From contig JAGORG010000005.1 in the NCBI GenBank assembly GCA_018062965.1, forward strand, positions 604-64,603: a stretch of 64,000 nucleotides of DNA, in the 5' to 3' direction. Positions 35,818 to 45,105 of this stretch are shown here, one piece after another (the stretch's first letter is position 1; every line of letters begins with the position of its first letter). The stretch comes from Minisyncoccota bacterium (GTDB lineage: Bacteria > Patescibacteriota > Minisyncoccia > Phycocordibacterales > UBA5272). The notes beneath the pieces were generated by a model that saw nothing but the letters and a program-made list of their open reading frames with translations, made no database searches and was not told the origin of the DNA. The position numbers were made by a program, and so were the translations under genes.

Positions 35818-37059
35818 ATGTCATTTTCTTTTGAAATACAGAAGCGCTCAGATGAAGCGCCTCTTGCTCGTGCAGGGGTTATCCATACACCACACGGAGA
35901 TATCAAAACACCAGCCTTTATAACGGTAGGAACAAAAGCAACCGTGAAAGCACTTACACCTGAGCAGGTTCGTGACTATGTTGGCGCGCAAGCTGTTCTT
36001 GCAAATACGTATCACCTATACCTTCAGCCAGGGGACGAGGTTGTGGTCGAGCATGGTGGGTTTCCAAAGATGATGGGGTGGCACGGCCCGTCATTTACTG
36101 ATTCTGGAGGGTTCCAGGTGTTTTCGCTTGGGCAAGCTCTTGGACACGGCGTGAGCAAGATAGCAACATCAGAAGAAATATCACAAGCAGAAGTAGAGCA
36201 AAGTAAACGCGACACAGACGAAGAATCTCGTGGCAAAGTTCATGAAAAAATGGCAACTATAGATGACGACGGGGTGACGTTTAAATCTGTTATTGACGGC
36301 AGTGAGCATCGGTTTACTCCAGAAAAGAGTATGCAGATACAACACAACCTCGGTGCAGATATATTCTTTGCATTTGATGAATGCACAAGCCCACTTGCAC
36401 CTATCCCGTACCAACGAGAGGCAATGAATAGAACTCATACCTGGGCAAAGCGATGTATCGACGAACATAAACGTCTCGGGGTATCTGCTGCAACAGGGGA
36501 AATGCAGGCACTATTCGGTGTTGTGCAAGGTGGTGCGTATGAAGAGCTGCGCCGTGAGTCGGCGCGTATATTGGGCGCTATGGACTTTGACGGATTTGGT
36601 ATCGGGGGTAGTTTTACAAAAGAAGATATGGGAACTGCAGTGAGATGGGTATGTGAAGAACTACCAGAGGGAAAACCTCGACACTTGCTTGGTATTGGGG
36701 AACCTCTTGATATCTTACTCGCTATTGAAAACGGTATAGATACGTTTGATTGTGTTGCGCCTACTCGTATAGGGAGAAATGGAGCATTGTATACACTTGA
36801 TGGTCGTATCAATATCACTAATGCAAAATACGCACATGATATGTCTCCTATTTCAGATGACGAATCATGGTACACGCATCAGTTTACAAAAAGTTATTTG
36901 TCACATTTGTTTAAAGCAGACGAAATGCTTGCCGGAACACTCGCATCAATTCATAACCTAAAGTTTTTAACCAAGCTTGTTGATGATGCACGAGAAGCAA
37001 TTTTAGATGGTACGTTTAACGAGTTTAAGGAGACTTTTATCAAAAGGTATTACAAATAA
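35818..37059 (+). CDS. tgt: Queuine tRNA-ribosyltransferase
   Basis: HTPHGDIKTPAFITVGTKATVKALTPEQ, ANTYHLYLQPG, and a Zn site CVAPTRIGRNG...H match the TGT family. It has an insertion compared with E. coli. Confidence 0.9.
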   Translation: MSFSFEIQKRSDEAPLARAGVIHTPHGDIKTPAFITVGTKATVKALTPEQVRDYVGAQAVLANTYHLYLQPGDEVVVEHGGFPKMMGWHGPSFTDSGGFQVFSLGQALGHGVSKIATSEEISQAEVEQSKRDTDEESRGKVHEKMATIDDDGVTFKSVIDGSEHRFTPEKSMQIQHNLGADIFFAFDECTSPLAPIPYQREAMNRTHTWAKRCIDEHKRLGVSAATGEMQALFGVVQGGAYEELRRESARILGAMDFDGFGIGGSFTKEDMGTAVRWVCEELPEGKPRHLLGIGEPLDILLAIENGIDTFDCVAPTRIGRNGALYTLDGRINITNAKYAHDMSPISDDESWYTHQFTKSYLSHLFKADEMLAGTLASIHNLKFLTKLVDDAREAILDGTFNEFKETFIKRYYK

Positions 37060-37060
37060 A

Positions 37061-37149
37061 AAGCGCGCCCGTACAGGACTGCGATTTCAAAAGATTGACT
37101 ACAATCTAAGAAATCGGGAGCCATACGGGCGCGCTTGCGTTTTTCTTTT
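37061..37149. terminator. About 73-nt multi-tier hairpin (12-bp outer stem AGCGCGCCCGTA/TACGGGCGCGCT, then 7-bp and 5-bp inner stems) flanked by T/A runs, acting as a bidirectional terminator
   Basis: Read directly from the sequence. On the + strand it is followed by TGCGTTTTTCTTTTTT. It lies between tgt (+) and a small minus-strand ORF. Confidence 0.55.
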
Positions 37150-37371
37150 TTAACTGAAGATGATGATCGCCAGAATGACGGCGACCATAATGACGATGTC
37201 TTGAATGCCATTAGGCTCTTTAGATTGACTCTTCTTTTTGCTGCTGTTGTTTGCGAACAACATTTCCCAGATAAAGATGAACCACACGAATGAATCCTTC
37301 AGGTTTGTCTTGTTTTTTACTTCGACCTCGTCACCGAATACGTTACGAGGTTTATACTGCTTTGTTGCCAT
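37150..37371 (-). CDS. Small hypothetical protein with a C-terminal TM helix (73 aa)
   Basis: ORF only (MATKQYKPRNVFGDEVEVKNK...IVIMVAVILAIIIFS). Confidence 0.25.
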   Translation of the reverse strand: MATKQYKPRNVFGDEVEVKNKTNLKDSFVWFIFIWEMLFANNSSKKKSQSKEPNGIQDIVIMVAVILAIIIFS

Positions 37372-37425
37372 TGTGCCCTCCAGGCTGAGTTACTTTCACG
37401 ATTATGCTATAATGTACCATTAATC

Positions 37426-39471
37426 ATGTCAAGTAAACACGAAGGAACTTTTAACATCAAAGGGTTTATCCCAGCAGGTGATCAGCCAAAAGCAATCGCC
37501 GGTCTTGTTGATGGCATCAAACAAGGTATGTCTCGGCAGACTCTTCTTGGTGCAACAGGAACTGGTAAGACGTTTACTATGGCAAACGTGATACAGCAGA
37601 TACAAAAACCGACACTTGTTATTGCCCACAATAAGACACTTGCCGCTCAGCTTGCCCAAGAGTTTCGTACATTTTTCCCAGATGCTGCGGTGCATTACTT
37701 TGTGTCGTATTACGACTATTACCAGCCAGAGGCGTACATGCCTGTGACAGATACCTATATAGAAAAAGACGCACAGATAAACGAAGAAATCGATCGTCTT
37801 CGTCACGCTTCAACTCAAGCTCTCCTAACTCGCAAGGATACAATCATTATTGCATCTGTGTCATGTATCTATGGTCTTGGTTCTCCAAAGGACTATGAAC
37901 GTGAAAACATGCGACTTACAGTTGGTGATCCTGCAACTAAAGTTGACCTCATGCAAAAGTTTGTAAATATTTATTACGAACGTACAAACGCTGACCTATC
38001 TCCTGGAACATTTCGTGCACTTGGAAATCGTATTGATATCATGCCTATTTCGGAAACAGTGATGCTTCAAATAGAAATAGCTGCTGGTAAAATAAGTCAT
38101 CTACAAATTGTAGACCCAGTATCTATGCGAGTTATGAAAGAAGTTGCTGACTACTTTATCTTTCCTGCAAAGCACTTTATTTCTGACGTTCCTACTCGAG
38201 AGCGCGCCGTGCAAACTATACAAGCAGAACTTGAAGAAAGACTAAAAGAGCTCGATAAGGATGGAAAAATTCTTGAAGCAGAGCGTCTGAAGCGCCGAAC
38301 ACGATATGATGTTGCGATGATTAAAGAAGTTGGCTTTTGTCAGGGTGTCGAAAACTATTCTCGACATCTTTCTGGAAAACAACCAGGAGAAGCACCTGAC
38401 ACATTGCTTGAATATTTTCCTCACGATAAAGATGGGAACCCAGATTTTCTTACTATTATTGATGAATCTCATGTGACACTTCCGCAGCTACACGGTATGT
38501 ATGCGGGGGATCAGTCACGAAAAAATACACTTGTTGAGTTTGGTTTTCGTTTGCCATCTGCAAAAGATAACCGACCATTACGCTATGAAGAGTTTGAAAA
38601 ACGTATTGGGCAGGTGGTGTATGTCTCTGCAACTCCTGGTGCATACGAGCGTACAGAGTCAGCGCAAATCGTTGAACAGATTATTCGCCCAACTGGACTT
38701 CTTGATCCAGTTCTTGATGTTCGCAAAGTACAAGAGTCTGGTGCGTATAAAGGGCAAGTACATGATTTTATCGCAGAAGCTGCAAAAGATATCAAATCAG
38801 GTGGACGTGTTTTGGCAACCACACTCACAAAGAAAATGGCGGAAAACCTTTCTGAATATCTCAAAGAACAAGGCATGAAAGCAGAGTATCTCCACAGTGA
38901 TATCAAAACCATGGAACGTATTCAGATTTTGACTAGATTTAGAAAAGGTGAATTTAATTGTCTTGTTGGAGTTAACTTGCTTCGTGAAGGTTTGGATTTG
39001 CCAGAAGTAACGCTCATTGGTATCTTAGATGCTGACAAAGAGGGATTCCTTCGATCTGAAACATCGCTCATCCAAACAATCGGTCGTGCCGCGCGTAACG
39101 CTCGTGGGCGCGTGATTCTCTATGCAGATGTTATGACAGGGTCACTTGAACGTGCTATAGCAGAAACAAATCGCCGCCGAACTATTCAGGAAACATACAA
39201 TACAAAGCACGGTATCACTCCGACAACTATCGAGAAAAATATCAAAGATATTACCGAGGAGTTACAAAGCACACATGCAAAAGCGGTGAATGAAGAATTA
39301 CGAATCGATCAGAAGTTATTTGCAAAAAATCCAGACAAGCTGCTACGTCTCAAAGAAAAGCAAATGAAAGAAGCGGTTAAGGTTCTCGATTTTGAAACAG
39401 CTGCTATTTTGCGTGATGAACTTGAAGTTTTGCGTAACAAAGTCGCTGACAAATCTGACACACCACTCTAA
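37426..39471 (+). CDS. uvrB: Excinuclease ABC subunit B
   Basis: Walker A GATGTGKTFTMANVI, helicase motifs, and the C-terminal UvrB/UvrC interaction domain. The extended -10 TGcTATAAT lies at 37404-37412. Confidence 0.95.
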   Translation: MSSKHEGTFNIKGFIPAGDQPKAIAGLVDGIKQGMSRQTLLGATGTGKTFTMANVIQQIQKPTLVIAHNKTLAAQLAQEFRTFFPDAAVHYFVSYYDYYQPEAYMPVTDTYIEKDAQINEEIDRLRHASTQALLTRKDTIIIASVSCIYGLGSPKDYERENMRLTVGDPATKVDLMQKFVNIYYERTNADLSPGTFRALGNRIDIMPISETVMLQIEIAAGKISHLQIVDPVSMRVMKEVADYFIFPAKHFISDVPTRERAVQTIQAELEERLKELDKDGKILEAERLKRRTRYDVAMIKEVGFCQGVENYSRHLSGKQPGEAPDTLLEYFPHDKDGNPDFLTIIDESHVTLPQLHGMYAGDQSRKNTLVEFGFRLPSAKDNRPLRYEEFEKRIGQVVYVSATPGAYERTESAQIVEQIIRPTGLLDPVLDVRKVQESGAYKGQVHDFIAEAAKDIKSGGRVLATTLTKKMAENLSEYLKEQGMKAEYLHSDIKTMERIQILTRFRKGEFNCLVGVNLLREGLDLPEVTLIGILDADKEGFLRSETSLIQTIGRAARNARGRVILYADVMTGSLERAIAETNRRRTIQETYNTKHGITPTTIEKNIKDITEELQSTHAKAVNEELRIDQKLFAKNPDKLLRLKEKQMKEAVKVLDFETAAILRDELEVLRNKVADKSDTPL

Positions 39472-39476
39472 ATAAT

Positions 39477-39501
39477 AAAACCGCGCATAGCGCGGTTTTT
39501 T
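39477..39501. terminator. Bidirectional terminator AAAACCGCGC-atag-GCGCGGTTTT
   Basis: Perfect hairpin with an A-run before it and a T-run after it. Confidence 0.75.
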
Positions 39502-40457
39502 CATAGCACTCTAACCATTTCTTCTGCATCAGCAACGAGCTTCATGTAACTCTGAGCAGTTTCTCGGGCTACTCTGTGTATTCTTCTGAGTGCACGTTTT
39601 TTGTCTTCTTCAGGAATCTCTCGTGTGCGAATGAGTATCTCAATCGAAAACTGCGCCCCGCTAAATAGACTTCTTCCTCCACAGATCATTTCGATAATTG
39701 AGACGACCCACGCTTCAACTATTTTATCTTTTTGCTCCTTGTTATTGGCGGCCATCATAAAAGCAAGCGATAGGTAGCGAAATCTTCCGTGACTTCTTGG
39801 TTCACTTTGACAGAGCTTGCTAAAGCGGTCGATAATTTCATCGAGGTTCACGTTTTCGGGGTATGCACCCTGATAAGCAAACGCAATAAGTGAAGCAACT
39901 TTCCCGTTAACATTTGAAAATGTTTCGCCGGTTTTTTCAAACCAGTATTTCAGAAATGTTTCGCTACAACGTACAGGGTTGTTCTGGTTATAGAACCAGT
40001 GCTTGAAAAAGAGCTCCAAATCAACATGATGTACATCAAGAACTGCATCAGCAAGCCCAAGTATCTCATCCTGAGAGAACCACAACATGGGAAGCAAGTC
40101 AGTTTCTTTTTTCTTTGGGAAAGCACGTTGAGGAATCGCCCACATGTCAGACAGGGTGATCAAGTTGCCACCACGTTTTTGTCCATTGAACTGTGTGAGG
40201 TACAAACTGACCAAGTCTGATTTTTCGACAAGTCGCTTCTTTAGACCTTCTGCAAGTAGGCGTGGAATAAAGTCACGATTACCAAATGCATGCATTGAGA
40301 GAATGAATCCAAAAAGCTGTTTTTTGGTAGTGACATTAAACCTCTCCATGAGTCCTGCTGCACCATCTTCAAGGTCGAAGGACTCATTGTCAAAAAGTGA
40401 GGGGTCCATGAGTGGCAACGGAATAATTGCCGGGAGGTTGGTTTTGGGTGTTGCCAT
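39501..40457 (-). CDS. Hypothetical protein (318 aa) with a Shine-Dalgarno site, between uvrB and uvrA
   Basis: The ORF has the Shine-Dalgarno site GGAG 6 nt before the ATG. The product is predicted cytoplasmic and helical. The C-terminal segment KKRALRRIHRVARE contains an R-x5-H spacing reminiscent of HEPN motifs. That is speculative. Confidence 0.45.
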   Translation of the reverse strand: MATPKTNLPAIIPLPLMDPSLFDNESFDLEDGAAGLMERFNVTTKKQLFGFILSMHAFGNRDFIPRLLAEGLKKRLVEKSDLVSLYLTQFNGQKRGGNLITLSDMWAIPQRAFPKKKETDLLPMLWFSQDEILGLADAVLDVHHVDLELFFKHWFYNQNNPVRCSETFLKYWFEKTGETFSNVNGKVASLIAFAYQGAYPENVNLDEIIDRFSKLCQSEPRSHGRFRYLSLAFMMAANNKEQKDKIVEAWVVSIIEMICGGRSLFSGAQFSIEILIRTREIPEEDKKRALRRIHRVARETAQSYMKLVADAEEMVRVL

Positions 40458-40546
40458 GATTGGCTCCTATAAGGTTCAACTTACTCAATAGTCTCTTTTT
40501 CGGCACATGTTGTCAAAGCCTTTACAGGTGCCAGACTATGTGTCTT

Positions 40547-40582
40547 TAAAGAATATAAAAACACGGCTATTACCGTGTTTGT
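40547..40582 (-). terminator. Terminator after the 160-aa gene
   Basis: On the minus strand: AACACGG-taatag-CCGTGTT followed by TTTATATTC. Confidence 0.5.
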
Positions 40583-40589
40583 GTGGGGT

Positions 40590-41072
40590 TTAATCCTCTA
40601 GAGTCAGTTTGCGTTTTTTAAGGTTTGCGGTAACTTCAATTCGTACGTCATCTGGAAGAGCTTGAACACTAAACATCCCTCCTGTTCCGCAAAAGAATGC
40701 GTACAGTTCGACGATGAGCTCAAGTCTTCGTGCTGACAATGCTTTCATTTCATTTATTTTTTCATTGAGACCCGCTGTAACTTTTTTGGGGTCTGTCGGA
40801 CCACTCCAGTCAAGTAAATCGTGAACGGTGAGTGTATGAGACAGTAGTCCGTAGTACATGACTGCGTTCTCGAGCTGAAGAATGTGACGCTCGTGTGTTG
40901 TGAGCTCGTCTGCTCGAGGAGGAACGAGGCTTGCATTGATTTGACTGTAGACACCTAAACGCTTAAAGGCTTCAGTGAGCAAGGCTATTTCTTCAGGTTT
41001 TGTTAGACTTTTTTGGAGTGCTGAGAGACCATTGACGATGTCTCGGGTAGATGCTTTTTCCAAGTCGGTCAT
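40590..41072 (-). CDS. Hypothetical protein (160 aa) with a Shine-Dalgarno site
   Basis: The ORF has AAGGA 6 nt before the ATG and carries its own terminator. I recognised no motif. Confidence 0.45.
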   Translation of the reverse strand: MTDLEKASTRDIVNGLSALQKSLTKPEEIALLTEAFKRLGVYSQINASLVPPRADELTTHERHILQLENAVMYYGLLSHTLTVHDLLDWSGPTDPKKVTAGLNEKINEMKALSARRLELIVELYAFFCGTGGMFSVQALPDDVRIEVTANLKKRKLTLED

Positions 41073-41205
41073 GGTGATTCCTTTCGTTGTGAACTATGAC
41101 TGACCTCAATACTACACCTCAATAATAATTAGTCAAAAGGTCTTTACATAGGTTATATTTCATGTTTTTGCGCGCTTGAGTGGGAAAGCATATACTGGGC
41201 TTCAT

Positions 41206-41733
41206 ATGAAAACATACATAGCAATTCTAGTGGGAGTAGTTGCTCTTTTTGGGGTGGTATTTGTTGGTTACAAACTAACGTCTGATATCAAGAAAAATCC
41301 AGAAACAAAGACACCTAACGCGCAGATTCAAACAGTTAATGGGGAGGTTAAGCGTATTTTTGAAGGAGATAATGTGCTTGCGTATCAGTTTGATGCACCA
41401 ATAGAAGCAACGGTTTCTTCTCAGATGGAGGGTGCGCTTGTGCAAGTTGCTAAAAGTAACGACCTCCGCACGTCAGTCTACTTTAGTTTTGAAGGCGGAC
41501 GAGGGTATTCTGCGTCTGACTATATCGCAAACGTTATCGCCCCTAAAGTAAGTGTTGTGAATCCTACAGGGACAACAACGCTCGGTGCTCACGATTGGCA
41601 GGGCATAGAATCGACATACTCAGAGTGGTTTATCACTCCAGTGCTCAACGGTGAATGGCTAGTTATCGTAGAGAACAAAAAACTCTTCCACGAAGATACA
41701 GTCAACCTCCTTGAGACGTTTAGTGTTAAGTAA
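41206..41733 (+). CDS. Membrane-anchored (single N-terminal TM) secreted-domain protein of unknown function
   Basis: MKTYIAILVGVVALFGVVFVGYKL is followed by a hydrophilic beta-rich domain of about 150 aa. A TATACT box lies 9 nt before the ATG at 41206. Confidence 0.4.
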   Translation: MKTYIAILVGVVALFGVVFVGYKLTSDIKKNPETKTPNAQIQTVNGEVKRIFEGDNVLAYQFDAPIEATVSSQMEGALVQVAKSNDLRTSVYFSFEGGRGYSASDYIANVIAPKVSVVNPTGTTTLGAHDWQGIESTYSEWFITPVLNGEWLVIVENKKLFHEDTVNLLETFSVK

Positions 41734-41752
41734 ATTGAGTACAAGTTATAGT

Positions 41753-41780
41753 AAAAACCAAGCCGTATGGCTTGGTTTTT
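41753..41780 (+). terminator. Rho-independent terminator AAAAACCAAGCC-gtat-GGCTTGGTTTTT
   Basis: Perfect hairpin followed by a U-tract. Confidence 0.75.
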
Positions 41781-41844
41781 ACTATAGTGCATATGCTTTG
41801 CAATTTTTGAAAAGTCTTGTCAAATATGGTATAATTCATTAGTT

Positions 41845-44466
41845 ATGGCAACAAAAAAGTCTCAAAAAATAGAAGCGGTGGATAATATTATCGTTAGAGG
41901 TGCTCGTACGCATAATCTCAAAAACATCACTGTTGAGATGCCGCGTCACAAGATGATTGTTTTTACAGGACTTTCTGGAAGCGGAAAGTCTTCTCTTGCA
42001 TTTGATACTATTTTTGCCGAAGGACAACGTCGCTATGTGGAGTCTCTGTCTGCATATGCTCGTCAGTTTTTGAATCAAATGCAAAAACCAGATGTGGACG
42101 AAATCGTTGGACTTTCTCCTGCAATCTCTATAGACCAAAAATCAGCTGGACGAAACCCTCGCTCAACTGTTGCTACGATAACTGAAATTTATGACTACCT
42201 ACGTGTGCTCTACGCTCGTGTGGGTAAACCTTACTGTGTTGACTGCGGACATAAAATTGAAAAGCTTTCAAATGAAGAAATAATGAATTTCATTTTAGAG
42301 AAAGTAAAAGCAGTTGATTATAAAAAGGTAAAGAAAGAAATGCTAGGCGTTGAGTTTTCTCATGAAGAGGTTCACGTTTTATCTCCACTTGTGCGTGGAA
42401 GAAAAGGGGAATACTATCAAATGCTCTATGACATGCTCGGCAAAGGGTACACAGAAGCGCTTGTTGACGGTAAACGCCACAGTCTTCGTGAGCAAATTGT
42501 CCTCGACAAAAATAAAAAGCACGAAATATCTATTGTTGTTGACTCTATTGCAATCGATGACTTCCGCCGAAAGGAGACACAAAAAGATGCACTCATACGA
42601 CTTTCAGAAGCAATTGAACGAGCAACCACTGAATCTGATGGGTTACTTGAAATTGACTTGCTCGACGAACGTACTGTGATGAGTAGTAAGTTCATGTGTG
42701 CTCACTGTGGTTTTTCTTTCCCAGAAATAGAGCCGCGGTTGTTCTCTTTTAACTCACCATATGGAGCGTGCCCAACATGTAATGGTCTTGGAACAAAGTA
42801 TTTTGGAGGACTCGACGAATGTGATGACTGTCACGGCAAGCGTCTTCGCCCCGAAGCACTGAATGTATTTTTGGATGATACTGAAAAGATCAACATTGTT
42901 GATATCACTGCGCTATCTATCAATGATGCAAAGAAGTATTTTGAAAAACTACCTCTTACTAAAAAAGAGCAGGAAATTGCAGCTGTTGTGATTCGTGAAG
43001 TTGAGTCTCGACTAGATTTTATGCTCAACGTCGGGCTAGACTATTTAGCGCTTAATCGAAAAGCAGATACGCTCTCGGGTGGAGAGGCTCAGCGTATTCG
43101 TCTGGCAAGTCAGCTTGGTAGTCAGCTTGTGGGGGCGCTCTACGTGCTTGACGAGCCTACTATTGGACTTCACCAACGAGACAATGACCGCCTCATCAAA
43201 ACACTTACTCACTTGCGAGACATTGGAAATACGATCATTATCGTAGAACACGATGAAGACACAATATACGCATCAGATTATATTGTTGACATTGGTCCAA
43301 AGGCGGGAGTTCATGGTGGAGAGGTTATTGTTTCAGGGTATCTAGATGAACTTCTCACTGCACCTCGCAACAAATCTGGCTCAGTAACCCTTGCGTATCT
43401 TCGAGGAGAAAAAGAAATCCCTGTACCGGTACGCAGACAAACAGACAAAGGCTCACTTCGTGTAACAGGTGGACATATTTTTAACATTAAAAATCTAAAT
43501 GCAACCGTCCCACTTGGGCGTATGACCGCCATCACGGGAGTGTCTGGTTCTGGAAAGAGTTCGTTTATGTACGAGATTCTCCACAGAAACCTCTTGGCAC
43601 GTTTAGAGCGAAAGCACCGTACGGTGCAGATATTTAACTGCGAATCATTCACCGGAACTGAGTATGTCTCACGTGTTGTATTGATAGATCAGTCAGCAAT
43701 TGGTCGTACGCCACGATCAAACCCAGCAACATACACTGGATCATGGACGCATATTCGTGATCTCTTTGCAGAAACAGAAGAAGCGCGTATTCGTGGTTGG
43801 AAGGCTTCACGTTTTTCATTTAACGTAAAAGGTGGTCGGTGTGAAGCATGTCAGGGGAATGGTGAAATAGCAGTTGAAATGCACTTTTTGCCTACGGTGT
43901 ATGTACAGTGCGATGTCTGCCAAGGAAAGCGCTTTATGAAAGAAACGCTTGAAGTTAAATGGAAAGGGAAAAACATCTACGATATTTTATGCATGACAGT
44001 AGAAGAGGCTCTTACCTTTTTCCAAGATATTCCAGCTATTCACGACAGAATCAAGACGCTTAACGATGTAGGTCTTGGGTATCTTGAACTCGGCCAGTCT
44101 GCTACGACGCTCTCAGGTGGAGAAGCTCAGCGTGTAAAGATCTCAAGCGAGCTCTATCGTCCTCACGTTGAGAAGACTATCTACTTGCTCGATGAGCCTT
44201 CAATTGGGCTTCACTATGAAGATATACTCAAGCTTATCGAAATCTTGAACAAGCTTGTCGACAAGGGAAACACTGTTGTACTGATTGAACACAATCTAGA
44301 TATTGTAAAATCTGCTGACCATGTCATCGATATCGGTCCAGAAGGTGGAATAGGTGGTGGAAATGTTGTTGCAACAGGAACCCCAGAACAAGTAGCAAGT
44401 AACGAAAAGTCATACACCGGACAATACTTGAAGAAAATGTTGAAGAAATCTAAATCAAATAAATAG
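41845..44466 (+). CDS. uvrA: Excinuclease ABC subunit A (compact, 873 aa)
   Basis: GLSGSGKSSLAFDTIFAEGQRRY, two ABC modules (a second Walker A GVSGSGKSS, and signature LSGGEAQR twice), and zinc-finger Cys clusters. The promoter TTGAAA-17-TATAAT lies at about 41799-41827. Confidence 0.95.
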   Translation: MATKKSQKIEAVDNIIVRGARTHNLKNITVEMPRHKMIVFTGLSGSGKSSLAFDTIFAEGQRRYVESLSAYARQFLNQMQKPDVDEIVGLSPAISIDQKSAGRNPRSTVATITEIYDYLRVLYARVGKPYCVDCGHKIEKLSNEEIMNFILEKVKAVDYKKVKKEMLGVEFSHEEVHVLSPLVRGRKGEYYQMLYDMLGKGYTEALVDGKRHSLREQIVLDKNKKHEISIVVDSIAIDDFRRKETQKDALIRLSEAIERATTESDGLLEIDLLDERTVMSSKFMCAHCGFSFPEIEPRLFSFNSPYGACPTCNGLGTKYFGGLDECDDCHGKRLRPEALNVFLDDTEKINIVDITALSINDAKKYFEKLPLTKKEQEIAAVVIREVESRLDFMLNVGLDYLALNRKADTLSGGEAQRIRLASQLGSQLVGALYVLDEPTIGLHQRDNDRLIKTLTHLRDIGNTIIIVEHDEDTIYASDYIVDIGPKAGVHGGEVIVSGYLDELLTAPRNKSGSVTLAYLRGEKEIPVPVRRQTDKGSLRVTGGHIFNIKNLNATVPLGRMTAITGVSGSGKSSFMYEILHRNLLARLERKHRTVQIFNCESFTGTEYVSRVVLIDQSAIGRTPRSNPATYTGSWTHIRDLFAETEEARIRGWKASRFSFNVKGGRCEACQGNGEIAVEMHFLPTVYVQCDVCQGKRFMKETLEVKWKGKNIYDILCMTVEEALTFFQDIPAIHDRIKTLNDVGLGYLELGQSATTLSGGEAQRVKISSELYRPHVEKTIYLLDEPSIGLHYEDILKLIEILNKLVDKGNTVVLIEHNLDIVKSADHVIDIGPEGGIGGGNVVATGTPEQVASNEKSYTGQYLKKMLKKSKSNK

Positions 44467-44474
44467 CAGAGATA

Positions 44475-44501
44475 GAAAGCGGCGCCTACGGCGCCGCTTT
44501 C
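44475..44501 (+). terminator. Terminator GAAAGCGGCGCC-tac-GGCGCCGCTTTC after uvrA
   Basis: Perfect 12-bp stem. Confidence 0.7.
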
Positions 44502-44508
44502 TATACAA

Positions 44509-44540
44509 TAAAAAACCGCCCACGATTGCTCGGGGCGGCG
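44509..44540 (-). terminator. Terminator for the GC-rich 138-aa gene
   Basis: On the minus strand: CCGCCCC-gagcaatcgt-GGGCGG followed by TTTTTTATTG. Confidence 0.55.
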
Positions 44541-44554
44541 GGGTGAGGTGAACT

Positions 44555-44971
44555 CTACATATGGCCAAGCTCTTGCAGGGCCAGCTGGAGAGATTTGCGC
44601 TCAACCGATAGCAGTTTTACGGCAGGTTTGCCCAGCATATTGTTGCCTGTAAGCCTCAGTGTTACCCACTGGGCTCTGCCGTTTTTTACGGCTTCAAGCA
44701 GGAGAGGTACAGAGACTTCATGCCCAATGTCCATCATCACGTTTTTGAACTTGCAAAAGCCGGGCTTATGCAGGCGGATAACTGTGACACGGAACTGAAG
44801 TTGCTCGATCTTTGCCGAGATTTCTGACCTCTGCGGTAAAGGTGCGATGGTGACGTTATGTTGTCCTGGCCTCCTCATAAGGCCAATCATTTTTTTCTGT
44901 CCCCAGGCCCTAACCATTTCGGTAGGAGATAAGGCTTGGGGCTTTTCTAATACTTCGCTTTCTTGGCTCAT
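44555..44971 (-). CDS. Hypothetical protein (138 aa), forming GC-rich island 3
   Basis: About 52-55 % GC, the Shine-Dalgarno site GAGG 6 nt before the ATG, and its own terminator. I recognised no motif (MSQESEVLEKPQALSPTEMVRAWGQKKMIGLMRRPGQHNVTIAPLPQRSEI...). Confidence 0.45.
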   Translation of the reverse strand: MSQESEVLEKPQALSPTEMVRAWGQKKMIGLMRRPGQHNVTIAPLPQRSEISAKIEQLQFRVTVIRLHKPGFCKFKNVMMDIGHEVSVPLLLEAVKNGRAQWVTLRLTGNNMLGKPAVKLLSVERKSLQLALQELGHM

Positions 44972-45105
44972 CTTGTCCTCGTAAAGTACTTCTTGTGATT
45001 GACCTTGTTACAGGTCTCGATTTGCTCATTGTAGAGCTAATTTCCCGCTTTAGTTCAAACAGGTTACTAGTTGCAAAGGCAAGAATATATTGTACAATAG
45101 AATCA

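Noticed and set aside
35529-35834. Plus-strand 101-aa ORF overlapping the island 2 small genes and the tgt promoter
   Set aside because: It has no Shine-Dalgarno site or -10 box, it overlaps the better-supported minus-strand genes, and its composition looks random.
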